From Eledone cirrhosa (taxonomy: Eukaryota), in assembly GCA_964016885.1 (NCBI GenBank), contig OZ024741.1, positions 148,738,001-148,802,000 of the forward strand: a stretch of 64,000 nucleotides of DNA, written 5' to 3'. The notes beneath the pieces are model-generated. The model was not told the DNA's origin and made no database searches. It saw only the letters and a program-made list of their open reading frames with translations. Positions 12,831 to 25,800 of the stretch are shown here, piece after piece. The position numbers were made by a program, and so were the translations under genes. The number at the start of each line of letters is the position of its first letter. Position 1 is the stretch's first letter.

Positions 12831-15800
12831 AAGCTTTGCTGTGTGGTAACAGTATTGCATAAATTCTCATATTGATTAGAAAAGAAATGGAAAGAGCCAA
12901 TGTTTGACTGGACCAAGGAAATTATGTTTCTCTGAACATATTAACTGAACCCAAAGCAAACTCCTTAACCACAAAGCCACTGAAATTCGCTAAATTACCT
13001 TAATATTCTGTTTATTGCAACCATTTGACAAGATCTGTTAAAGCAACAGCTTGAAAATGAAGCAGCATTACAACCAACATTCCAATAAAAGAAATGACTA
13101 GAAGTCTTTGATACAAAGGTGAGAGGAGAGTATGCTTAGCCAATGATGAGTATATTATGTCAGTTTTCCATGCTGGCATGGGTTAGACAGGCTGTCACAT
13201 TCTGAGACTAGACAAGTCAGAAGACCATCTTACTTATGTTTCATTTTGACATGGTTCCTAAGGTTAGATGCCCTTCCTAATGCCAACCACGTCATAGTGT
13301 GTACTGGATGCATTACATTGTGACACAAGCACTCCATCATGATTTTATGTAGAACCCTTTGATAAATTGTGTTCCTCTCACCATGATTTATTTGAAAATA
13401 TAAGGAATGGGTTAAAGAATAAGAACAAACTAAATTTCAGGCAAATTAATGGGTTGATATGATAAGATATAGAAGTGCTTAAAATTTCAGTTGCTGCAGG
13501 TATAACTATGAAAGTAGCTGTTTCTAGTTTATGCTTATCTTTTCAAAATTTTGCTTATTCTACTGAAATGTAGTGATATGTTCATAAAACATGTTTGCAT
13601 GCTTTATTTTCAATGTAAAATAGCTTCAGCTAAGGAGTTATATAACTTGCAAGAAAAAAAAAGGCAATCCAATATGTGTATATGTGTATATATTTATTTT
13701 CTGAGTGTAATCTTTTATAAAATCTCCTTTTCTTTCTCCCTCTGTCTTTTCCTCCCTTCCACTTTTTCTTATTCTTACAACTTTAACAAATCTTCTCTTC
13801 ATGTTCCGCATAGATGTTATGTTGTTGTTATGAGTGACAGAGATGATGATGGTGCATGATTTTCATGATCTAAGAGAGAGAACAAACAGTTTTTTGACAT
13901 CATAATATAAAAGAGAGAAAGAGACATATGTAAGAAAGAGAGAGAGAGAGAGAGAGAGATTGAGAGATGCAGGGAAAGAAGTGTAGAGAGGATAAAAGTA
14001 ACAGTGTTTACAATAAAACATACATAAATACAATATTGGTTTCTAATTTCCTAATGACGTATATTTAGAAGAATTCCAATAATCAGCTATCCATATATCT
14101 AAGAAACCTCTCTCATCCATTTGAATACATTCATTGTCATAACTTTAAACTCAGTAGATTTTTTCTCTCCCATTCTTACATATAAGTCGTATATATGAAT
14201 AACTTTTAAAATCTGTATATTTTGACAATGTGGGCATACTAGTAAATATATAATATTGGATTGGAGTTGCTGAAATATTGGTGTGAATTCTTTGAGAAAA
14301 TATTCATTCATAAAATTGTTGTTGTTATTATCATCATTATTAAAGCATTACAGTATATGTTTTGGCACTTTTTGTTCTAAGTTTGATAAAATAAAGTATT
14401 AGTCAAGTACTGGGGATGGTGTAATTGGCTATTCCCTGGCCCTGTACCTAAATCAGAAACAATTATTATAATTTTGGCAGTATCGGTAGAGGGTCGGATG
14501 CCATGCTTTCCAGCATAGTTATGTCCCTTTACGATCTGAGTTCAAATCCCACCGAGGTTGACTTTGCCTTTCATCCTTACGGGGTCGATAAAATAAAGTA
14601 CCAGTAATGCACTGGGTAATTGCTGGCCTTGTGCCTAAAGTAGAAACAATTATTATAATTATTATTATTAGAGCAGTGGATTAGCAGAATTGTTAAAATG
14701 TTGGATAAATGTCTTTGTTAGGTTTAATAATGGCTCTTATGAGTTTGACTGATTTCAATATATAGTGTACATAACAGTTGAATTGTTGTTTGACTGTGAG
14801 AAATTTCAAACCTCAGAGCATCATTTAGTCACACCATATCAGATTATATGAGAATACTTGATCTCAGTTAATTTTGAAGTCAGCAAATAATTTGCTACAA
14901 AGATGAAAGTCATGCACCCCTGAACATTTTTAACACCACCATTTTGTTGCAAGCATTTGGACAAGTTTCTGTTTTGAGTATACTTTCCTCCCATAGCTCC
15001 ATCAATTTACGAGGCCATGAAAAGTAATGGTCATTGCTCTTCTCAACCTTACTAAACAATTAAAAAATTAAATCCCAAAGCCTTGTGGCCATTTTCTCTT
15101 GTTGGTACCATACTTATTTTGAAGTCCTTTTTGAGGCAATGTTTTAGAGCTGTATGCTCTTCCAAGTACCAACACTTTTAGTCCCCCCTTACAACGTGCA
15201 GGGATACTGTACTTATTCCAGAATTCTTCCATCAAATAGTATTTTTATTTCATGTCATTCATTATCATAATTTTTACATATGGTTCATATAGACTGTCAT
15301 TGCCTTTGTTGCAGTGGCAGCAATTTCCTAAATTTTCTCCAGGTTTTTTCTTATTCAATATCTTTTGGTTAAAACTAACCCCCAGTTCTAATTAAAACAC
15401 CAAGTTAACAGAATAGCCAAATCAGTTAGGTGTTATGACAAAATGCCTTGTGGTATTTGTTTTGGTTCTCTGCACTTTGTTCAAATTCCACTGAGGTCAA
15501 TTTTGCGTTTTATCCTTTCAGAGATGATAAAATAACATACCAATCTGGGGTAGTGGATTGGTGAAATTGTCGGAGAATTGGATAAGAAGCCTTGCTGTAT
15601 TTGATCTGACTCCGTATATTTTGAGTTAAAAATCCCACAGTCGCCTATTTGTGTTGTAAAGTTCATCCATCATCTAGTTTAACACCCCTATCTGACCCTT
15701 GAGTGCCATTAGCAAAGTTCACTCTATTGCAAGCATTTGGGTTAGGCCTCTGGTTTTAGGGCATCTTTCCCTCTTCCCAGTGGTTTGTGACTTTGCAAAA

Positions 15801-16754
15801 ACTTATTACAATTATCTTACTAGAAATATGATATTTGTAGATCTACATCCTCTCTTAAACTCAAACTATATTATCTAAATTAACCCTATCTTGAACACTG
15901 AATTTTTGTTCCCCATGAGCATTGGGAGACAAAAGACCTCCATTTTGCCTGCTTGCAAGTCTTGCCACTGTTTGCTCTGAGGCCAGATATCTGCTCATCG
16001 TTTCTGTAGCAGTTTTGATTAATGGAGGTAAAGTTGCTTGCCTTGTGCACCATCTTTTCCTCCTTCTCAACATAAATCAAAAACTAACCAAGCATTTCAA
16101 AATGAAAGGGACTGTGGATAGGGATCCATTTTAGGTCATGTCAGTTGGAACCAGCTGCACCTGTGACTCAAGTCATTTTACTTTATTTTCAAAGGAACAC
16201 AAGATAATGTTCTGTCCAGTTTTGAAATAATGCTTCTTAAAATCCTGAACTCTGAACTAACTTTGCTACATTTCTGCCATCAGTTTGAGGCCTCTTTCCA
16301 GTACAATTCTTTTGCTTTGTAGAGCAGTTGACATTTAATTTCTGCCATAAGGCTATCACCTTCCTGCATTACCTGATCAACTGATAAACTACCATATATT
16401 AGCAACTTTATCCAGATATACTTTCAGAATTTTTGGTTATTCCTAATCAACCTGAAACTGCCATAGTTCTACACTAGAAATCTGTTTAACCTTCCATAAT
16501 AATTTTATGTAAGAACCTGTAAGTGATGTTCCAAATTTAATAATGAGAAAGTTAATTTAAACACCTCAAAATTTTTGTATTTTCAAAATCATTCGGAAAA
16601 TATGATAAGGAAGCTAACCTCAATAGTTGACACTTTTGGTTGCCTTTCTAAACTGATTTTTGCTATTGGCTTATTTTACTCTTAATAGTTTCTTTAAAAA
16701 CCAATAATATTGAAGAATAACAAACTGAGTTGTATTTTTTCTCTTCATCTTCAG

Positions 16755-16839
16755 ATGTTCTCACCACCAGTTACTGGTCAAGGAATAAAAAATGGAACCA
16801 CAAATATGGACTCAATGTATTCTGGAGGATATAAAGCAG
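16755..16839 (+). CDS. TCF4: E-protein coding exon A (MFSPPVTGQGIKNGTTNMDSMYSGGYKA+1)
   Basis: ttttctcttcatcttcag|ATGTTC acceptor; GCAG|gtaatt donor; 85 nt, phase 0 to 1; MFSPPV begins the exon after AD1 (DKELSDLLDFSA) in TCF4/TCF12. Confidence 0.92.
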
Positions 16840-19800
16840 GTAATTAATTATTTTGTCCATTGGGTTAATTTGAAGAGGAATGGATTTGTTTATAAGCTTT
16901 TTTTTTATATGGTTGTAGGCTGCACTCTACATTCCAAATTGCAGTTGTCTATTGTATCTTTGTGTAGGCACTGGGGTTCCAGGCAGCGCATATATAAGGT
17001 CATCATCATTATCACTTTTATGTTGAATATTCCATGCTGGCATGGGTTGGATGGAACTTTTTGAAGCAGTGTTCCATTTATAAGCCGAGACAGCTCATCA
17101 ACACATGGTGGTGTTTTGAAATTCTCTTGAGTGGAGAAAATGCTTACAAAGTTTTAATATTTTGATATTTAAAATGTGTTAAGTGTCATTTATCTTTTTT
17201 GGTGGGGTGCGATGAGAAAACAAATAAATAGTTCAGGGTTTTGAACTCAGATAGAAACCTGTTACACGTGCAAGATAATCACTGCAAAAATAAGACAACC
17301 CCTTCCCATATTTTTAGAAAATTTTATTTCTTTATAATTAGAAAAAAAGCAAAAAAAAAGCATGAGAAAATTCTAAATTAATGTAATATGAAAGAAATGG
17401 AGGCATATTTTTAGGTAGATTTTCTTTAACCGTTATGGAGATCATTAAAAACACTAGGGAGAGTTTGAAATGAATAGTTGAAAGAAATCAACTCAGAGAA
17501 CACTAAAGATTCAGAGTAGAAGTGGGGAAGAAGAAACAGCAAGTGAGAGAGGAGAGGCAGAGCAAGAAAAAGAGTGCAAGAGAGAGAGAGAAAGTGAAAT
17601 AAAACAAAACAAGATTGAAAGAAAAAGAATAATTAAGACGCAGAGAAAAACAGTCAGCACATGTGTATGTTTATGTATTAAAAAGTTCAAATAATAAAAA
17701 AAATTGTTTGAAATGTTTTTAAGGCAATGCATAAAGAAAACTCATGACAATATAGTAAATGTAGAAAAAAACAGTGTTTCATTTTGAAATAATCACCCCA
17801 GATAATTTAGCACCTTATTTACATAAGCCCCCCCCCCCCCCATCTTTTTGGTGGGGTGAGAGGTTATATTTGAGTATATACAATAAATAAAATACTTTTG
17901 CATCGTGGAATCGGCTGCTATAAGGATTACATTCTTATACATTGCTTTCTATGAATATCTTCTATGATAAATTTGATAAAAAAAATTGCTAGACATAATA
18001 ATACCATTCAATGATTTAAGCTAAATGACATAATTATTGACATACTTAAGCAGATCTAATAATTACATGCCTCATTATTTTACTGAATGGAGGGCGGTGG
18101 ATTGGCAGTATCGGTAGAGGGTCGGACGCCATGCTTTCCAGCATAGTTACGTCCCTTTACGATCTGAGTTCAAATCCCGCCGAGGTTGACTTTGCCTTTC
18201 ATCCTTACGGGGTCGATAAAATAAAGTACCAGTAATGCACTGGGTAATTGCTGGCCTTGTGCCTAAAGTAGAAACAATTATTTTACTGAATAGTTAATGT
18301 AGTAACTTAATGTGATATGAAGCTAATATAGTAATTTAATTTGATATGGACAGTAGTTATTGTATTCCTTTTAGCTGATCAAAATAGCGGCTATATTATT
18401 TCCAGCAACATAATCAACATCACCATTTCACATCCGTTTTTCCATGCTATAATAGATGGGTCAGGGGACAAAGCCTCATTCAATGTGTTTTTGATATGGT
18501 TTCCATGACTGGATTCCCTTCCTCACACCAACCACTTTACAGATTATACTGGATGCATTTTATCATGGCACCAGCATTATCTTGTCATGTAATAAACACA
18601 ATGTAAGATATATTCATTATAAAGTACTTCTATAATTATTGTTTTCCATTTTATTTAATTATACTCTAATTTCCTTTTTCCCACCTGTGAATCAAAGTTG
18701 TTGAATGAGGTATTTCCTTTTTTTAGAGAGGATCCGGGGACCTTTTGTTAACATCTCAGGCATTTAGATAATCATCATCATCAAGATCATTATAATCTAG
18801 ACAATTATTACACTTATTTTTCTTCTTCTTAAATTCTGCAACATTCCTTTCACTCTTTTGTTACCAATCTGCCCAAGATCATCTAAAGTTTTATGATACA
18901 AACTTCTCATTTTAAAATGTTCAGAAATAAACTAAATTTGTCCATTATAATTTATTTCATAATATTTTGTTATGCCAATGTTCCAAACACCAGCTTACAA
19001 TGAAGTCAGTTATTTTACTAAATCTCTTCAAAAATATGATATTATTTTTAAATAATTTTGAAATTTGAAGAGACTTAGTAATAAGTAATATAGCTTATTT
19101 GCCCATTAAGTTTTTGTTTAGAGCATAACTTAACAAAAACTTTTCTGAATAAAATTATGATGGAAAGCTTTTAGATAAATAAATATATTTGTATTGTAGA
19201 ACTAAGGCAGTTTTTGGTTGATTAGGAATAACTAAAAAATAAACAGCTGTGTCTCATAAAACTGGAGGCAGTTTCAGGTTGTTTGCTATCAAAAGGGTTA
19301 AATACTTTTCACCTTTTCTATTTTTTTCCCAGTATTCTTTTGTTCTTTATAATTTTGACCTGTATAAATATGTTTATTTTTGATATTAACCTATTTTTGA
19401 CCTCTTCTGTTAGTCTAAATGTTAGTCCTAAGCTAACATTTACTGTAAGAGGCAAACATTTTGAATTCATAAATATACAGACATGACTGTGTGGTTAAGG
19501 AATTCATTTTGCAACCACCTTGTTCTGGGTTCAGTACTACTGTGTGGCACTTGTACTATAGTCCTGAGTTGAATTTGGTAGATGGAAACTGCAGAAGCTC
19601 ATTGTGTGTGTGTCTTATGTTTACATTTGTGTTTATATCCTGTTAGTTAGTTGGTAAACAAAAAATAGATCAATAGGATAGTTAGCAAACTTGAAAAAAT
19701 AAGTTCTGAGGGCAATATAATAGACTAAATCAAGATGGGGCCCCAGCATGGCTGAAACCAAAAGAATAACAGAATAGACTTAACATTTGCAATGTGTTGA

Positions 19801-22800
19801 TTTCTATATTGAACTGTGGTCTTCTAGATTATTTTCATTAACAATTACACAATATATGTATATATATAGGTTTATATGTGTGTATGTAAAGTTGTAATCC
19901 ATTGGAAGCCTAAAAAATCCGGTATAGTGATGATTTGAGGAAGGAAATGAGGAATCCCCCACAAACTCAATATAGTAGAGAGGAAACAACACTGGAAGAT
20001 GGAAAACTAAAACAATCAGTACATATGCTTGGCTCTGATAACCTCTTTGGTTGGCTCAGCCCCATATGGGAGTTTTTCATTAAATAAGGTGTGTGTGTAC
20101 ACACATATACATGTACACACACATATGCACATATATATGTGCATGTGTGTGAGTGTGTTCGTCTTCATTTAACATCCGGTTTCCCTGCTAATGTGGTAGA
20201 TAAGTATATGAAGACAGGCAAAGCAGCTGAACCGTCAGGGATAGCTATTGAAATGTTGAAAATATCTTGTATGGTAGGTCACACACTAGTCATGCATATA
20301 ATATATCAAGTAATACAAGATGGCAGGCATAATAGCAACATCGTCAATTGCTTCAAGAACAAAGGAGATGTGGTAGAGAGAGAGAGAGGGGAAATTATAG
20401 AGACATCAAGTTGATGAACCAGAAGTTATAACGCAACTGATTATTATTAACCTAAATTACATGCAGTTTGGCTTGCTCTGTACCTAGCATTCGTTGACCT
20501 GGAGAAGGCCTTTGACAGGATATCTCCTCCATAATCTGGTGGACTCTTAGGTAACTAGGGGTAAATGAATGGCTTGTGAGGGCTGTACAAGCTATATACA
20601 GATGTGCAGTTAGCAAGGTTAGAGGCAACAATAAGTGCAGTGATGAATTTAGTGTACAAATTGGGGCCTACCATAGCCCTCCGGGTGATAATAGTGGAAT
20701 ATTAGACTTGGTTGTCTATGAAAATATCTCTGTGCTGATGACCAAATTCTCATAGCTGTGTATATGTTGTGGTTGTGTATGCACACGTTTTAATTCCTTA
20801 ATCATGGATAGAAAGAAAGAATGCTTGCAACAGTGGACTTGGCTAAAGACACCCAGGGGCTAATTGGTAATGCTAAACCAGACATCTGATTAAGTCCACT
20901 CACTGAATAGGTCCAGAGTGAACTCTGCTAAAAGTACCCAAGGGCCCAGATTAAATACTAACTAAATAAGCGATAGCAGGATTTGAACTCAACATTTGTA
21001 GTATTACCCTTTCATGACTGTATTTGTAATGAAATATACTCTCTATATATGTGTATTTCTCTCTCTCTCTCTGTATGTGCACCCATACACACATGCCTGG
21101 GCTTATCTGTATGCATATCTTTTGTATTTTGTGGGGCTGAAACAAGAAGATTAGTAATATATTTTAGATTTTGGCTGCTCATCAGGTTTCAGGATATTGT
21201 TACAAAATATGAATATCCAATTATGTGCATAGACAATGACTGCTGGGTGAAGAAATGCCAGGAAATTTCAGTGGGAGGAAGACCAAGGAAAACCTGGGCA
21301 GAGATTGTGAGAGCTGACCTCAAATCACTAGCAGAGGAGATGATGAAGGAATGCAACAAGTGAAGAGTTGCTGTGCTAAGAAGGACCCATCTCACCCATG
21401 CAACCATGGAAAAATGGATGTAAAAACTATGAGGATGATGATAATACATCTTGCTTTCTCAGTGTATGATAATCTCGATGTTATTTGATATATTTGGACT
21501 AGTGTCCTCTTGTTGGTTGTTATAGTCACACCATTTTGGCTATTAACCCTCTGGTCTTCCTTAAAGGAATTACCATTAATATAAACTGATATATTCAGAC
21601 TAGTGTCTTCATCTTGGTTGTTACAGTCACAATATTCTGGCCTCCCTCAGGTGCCTATGTTCTTTGAATTTCAAATTGAACTTTATTGAAACCACAGCAG
21701 GTAGCTTGTTATTCTATTGTCTAAGCCCAAGATATCCTTGTTTCTGGTTAGCTGTGATGTCACTTGCTTGTTCTGTTTAATCCTTTCATAACTGTATTTC
21801 TAATGAAATAGACTCTTTCAGTTAATTAATGACAAATTTGGGGGAATTTACTAAAATTAGTAATTATTACAATACTCAGATTGTAATTTAACATATGGTT
21901 CTCATATAAAATTATGTTATAAGATTTTAATTTTAGTAGGAGCACTTTAGAATGGGTGATTTTGTTTCATAGAACCAGAACTGTATTGGTATCAAAAGTG
22001 TTGGACACAGACTGAAACTATAACCAGCAGGGAAACTGGGATACTTAACATAGAGTCAATAGTTTATACTGACTGCACTATTGCCCCACTGTTTTTTTTT
22101 TTAATGCTCTTAGACCTGACCCAGGTTCTTTGTTTCTTAATTAAATACTCCCATATGGTATTTATCTATTCTAGGTCTACTGAGATGGTTATCAAAACCC
22201 AGCTTATTTGCTGATTCTTATCTTTTAATGTTGTTTTCTATCTATTACCTTGACTTTGTTCTATAATGGTTGGTGATTCCTAATTTCTCTCCACAAATGA
22301 TAAAAATTCAAAAAAACGTTAGTGAATATCCCAAGCAGTTGAAGAATGCCATAGGATACAATGGCCAAAATATTGTGATTAAAACAAGCAAGATGAAGAT
22401 ACTGAACTGAATAACTCTGGTTATAATATAGTGTAGATAATTGGTTGTCATTGGATTTTTCTTTTTATTATTATAAACAATGTAAATAAATTGTAAAATA
22501 TTGTTAGTGTATGTGTGTTTGCAAGGAGTTGATGTAATGATATGATAAATAAAAGATCAATTTTATTTTGTAGGCCTAGATGAAGCAAATTGGAGTAACA
22601 ATGGACAGAGTTCTAGTTATGATTCAAGGGTAAGTAAATCACTTCTGTAGTATCTATTAATATAGTTTAGAGTGTGTAAGCTGTTTGTCTGGCTATTTTG
22701 GGGTTCCAAAAATATTCTCATTGAGTTAGATAATAAATTTATATATGCAGAGGAGGCGAATTTTAAATTGACACCTTTTTAAACAAAAAATAAAGTACTA

Positions 22801-25800
22801 TTTTGAAAGCTATTATGTAAACTAATATTGCTTTTCTTTCACATACTTGGCTTTAAAAAAAGGCAAACCCTGACAGATTAAAAGAATACAAGTGAAAAAG
22901 TATGGTGGTGGTTGGCACTGGCATGACTAACAAGGCCATTGTTGACAAATTAAAAATCTTACTGTACTACATAGTCCAGAGAACAAAGGAGTTAGAGGAT
23001 AATTATATTGTGGTTGCTAGGGAAACTCATAATCACAGTTAACAAAGAGTTAGAGAAGCTGATTTCATCCAGAAAGCTGAATAGTTCATTGAGGGAGGCC
23101 TCTTCATTGGGCTACACGAGATTGTCAGGCAACTGGGCTGTGATGAGAAGACTGTTAGGACTTGTGGGAATGAAGACCTTTGTTACAAGTATTAGAAGAT
23201 GCAGATAAGGTAGGTGCTCAGTCAGAAGTCTAAGGAGAACTGCGGGAAGAGGGCCTAAAAGCTGTTGAACAAGTTGGAATGTCTCTTGAAATCAAACGTG
23301 TTTTTTTATCAAATGGAAAACTTTTGCCAGAACATGGCACACACACAGAAAAGCAGGTAGTTAGCAATTAGCCCACATGATATTCCCAGGGTCATGAAAA
23401 CCAAGTTTCCTGTCCACATCATGGTGTTTGGCATGTTCAGCTGTGAGGGATATATCATCTCACAACTTTAATGTGGGCTTGGATATGGATCAGGATTTGT
23501 ACCAGGGCACAGTGCACCCAGAGTGGGAAAATATTATTTTTTTAAGTATTCCCTATCATTGTTTATTGCAAATTTTCTGTTGAACAAAACCTTTAGGGGG
23601 AAGAACAAAAAAACAAAAAGAAACAGTTAAAAAGAATGTGTCCATAGAATATGATAATTTAAAGTTAGTAATTTTGCAGTTCTTTTGCACAAAAAATTAG
23701 TTCACAAAAATCCACAAAATATCTTGAAAAATTATCTTTTCCCCCTGCTTAATGTAGTTTTCTAAACAAGTCTAACAAAAATCAGACTACCTTTAGAAAT
23801 GTAACAGTTCATTGTAATGAAATTATTCCATTTTTGCTCTAAAAAATCTTCAAAGAAATCAAAATTAAAAATTTTTCACATCATTCCACACTATAGAGTT
23901 AATACTTTCTGGAATCCTCTGGCTATGGTGGACTTTTGAGCAAAAATTCAGTTAAAAGTGCTTAAAAGCTGAAGTTTTATGCTGACTTGAATGTTCTTTG
24001 TTGGAGCTTGTAACAGATCAGTTCCCCACAAAAATAATGCATACTTTTGTGTTAAGCTACACTTTTGTTAGATGGTACTCAATACAATGATACTCAAATG
24101 GGCTGAAATGTTTAATATAGATATTTAGAAATATTTCATTATCCCAGTGTCAGGTAGTCAGGTGTTTTTGGCACTGCCACCAAGAAAAGTTTCTGCTAGC
24201 TGAAAAAAAAAAACAGTATATGTTTAAAACCCTGAAATTAGAGGAGCAACTCCATCTAAAATAGTACCATATGACATGTTGAACAATAATTGATATTCAC
24301 TGTGTCATATGAATGAACCAAACATCCAAAGAAGGCTTAGGTTCTATAGACAGCACATCTCAATCCTCTATAGCTCATACCAACGAAATTAGACGTGTAG
24401 ATGCAGGGTTTGTCCAAATAATGTTATTAGTAAGTTGTAATTCTAATAGGCAATAAGACAATACTATGAATGAGGTATTTTTTGCTGGGTCCAGGATGCC
24501 ATAGAGTACATTCCTCTAAGTATGCCAAATCCACCCCAATGAAGTAATTGATAAAATCTACAAATCTATACATTTATTTTTCTGCCAACCACAAATCACG
24601 TCAATTAAATAATTTTTGCAGCAAATGTCAGTTAAAGAAATCAAGTTATATCTTCAAAATTAGATGCTTTTTTAAAATAGTTTTAACTCCATCAGTTCCA
24701 GCTTGCCAAAACGCTTCCAACAAGCTATAAACAAATTCTCTGTGTGAAGATATGTGTTCCAACAAGATTCTGCACACACACTCAGGAAGACACAAAAGTG
24801 GCTCTTGGACAACTTTTATAACCATGTCAACCTAGGCATTCAAAGATTTGTCAGCTGCAGTTGTGAAATGCACCTGCTTCCAATTCCAAGGTTACCTCGA
24901 AGAGGTTATTAAAGCTGGCAGGTGTTATGTTGTATATGGGTCCAGTAACTTCGTGTATCTTGAATTTTCAATCAATTTTAAATGAAAAAGATTTTATGCC
25001 TTTTTTCCTGAACTCTGTCGGCTGTGCCAGTTCTATGTCTGCACCAAAATATACACATGCTCACACATTCAGTTGATTTATGAAGTGCTGAAAACTTTGA
25101 TATTTGAAAATTTAGTCATTTCAATGCAGGCAATTATAATAATAAATTGTTATAAATGATAGTTGAAAAAAAAATCAGGTAAAGTACCCCTGGAGAAAAA
25201 AAAGGTAGGCTGAGATGCCTGGTGGGGAGAATTGAACCATGCAGGTGTCTCTGTCCACTTTTTCTGTCTTCAGAGGTACTTTACCTGATATTTTCCCACT
25301 ATTATTATAGTTATCTGCACTAGGACAACTATATTTTCAAATATATATCATCACCGTCTATTTTCCATGCTTGCATGGGTTAGACAGGTTGTCATGTGCC
25401 GATGTTAGGAACTTATGAAGAGCAAATGCTTATAGCAATTGTATGAGTGAATTATAACATTATTTGCTTATCAGTATTTAATTTTCATTTATCTATTTTT
25501 ATATAACTATTTGAATATTTAACTTGAGTATCTCTCAATTGAAAATAAATTAAAAAAAAAAACATTGTGACCCTCCCTCCCTTCATTATCAGAGTACTGA
25601 GCCATAACCCATTGTTTTATGGGTGGAATAAGTAATATTCAGTTTCTTCAGCAAACTTTAACGTGGTTACGTAAGATAGTAACAGAGGGGAAATTTTAAA
25701 ATACTGTTTTTCACATTATTGTTCAAATAATAATAATGGCTTAGAAGAGTGTAATTTCACTTACGATCATCTGATATTAACAGATACCAGTACTTGGACT

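Noticed and set aside
15861-16450. Coding-like minus-strand stretch (ORFs 15861..16073, 15886..16080)
   Set aside because: No recognisable motif or splice sites; possibly a decayed transposon or retrocopy but unsupported
1-16754. Upstream AD1 exon (DKELSDLLDFSA-like)
   Set aside because: No matching peptide with a phase-0 donor found by eye; probably upstream of the window
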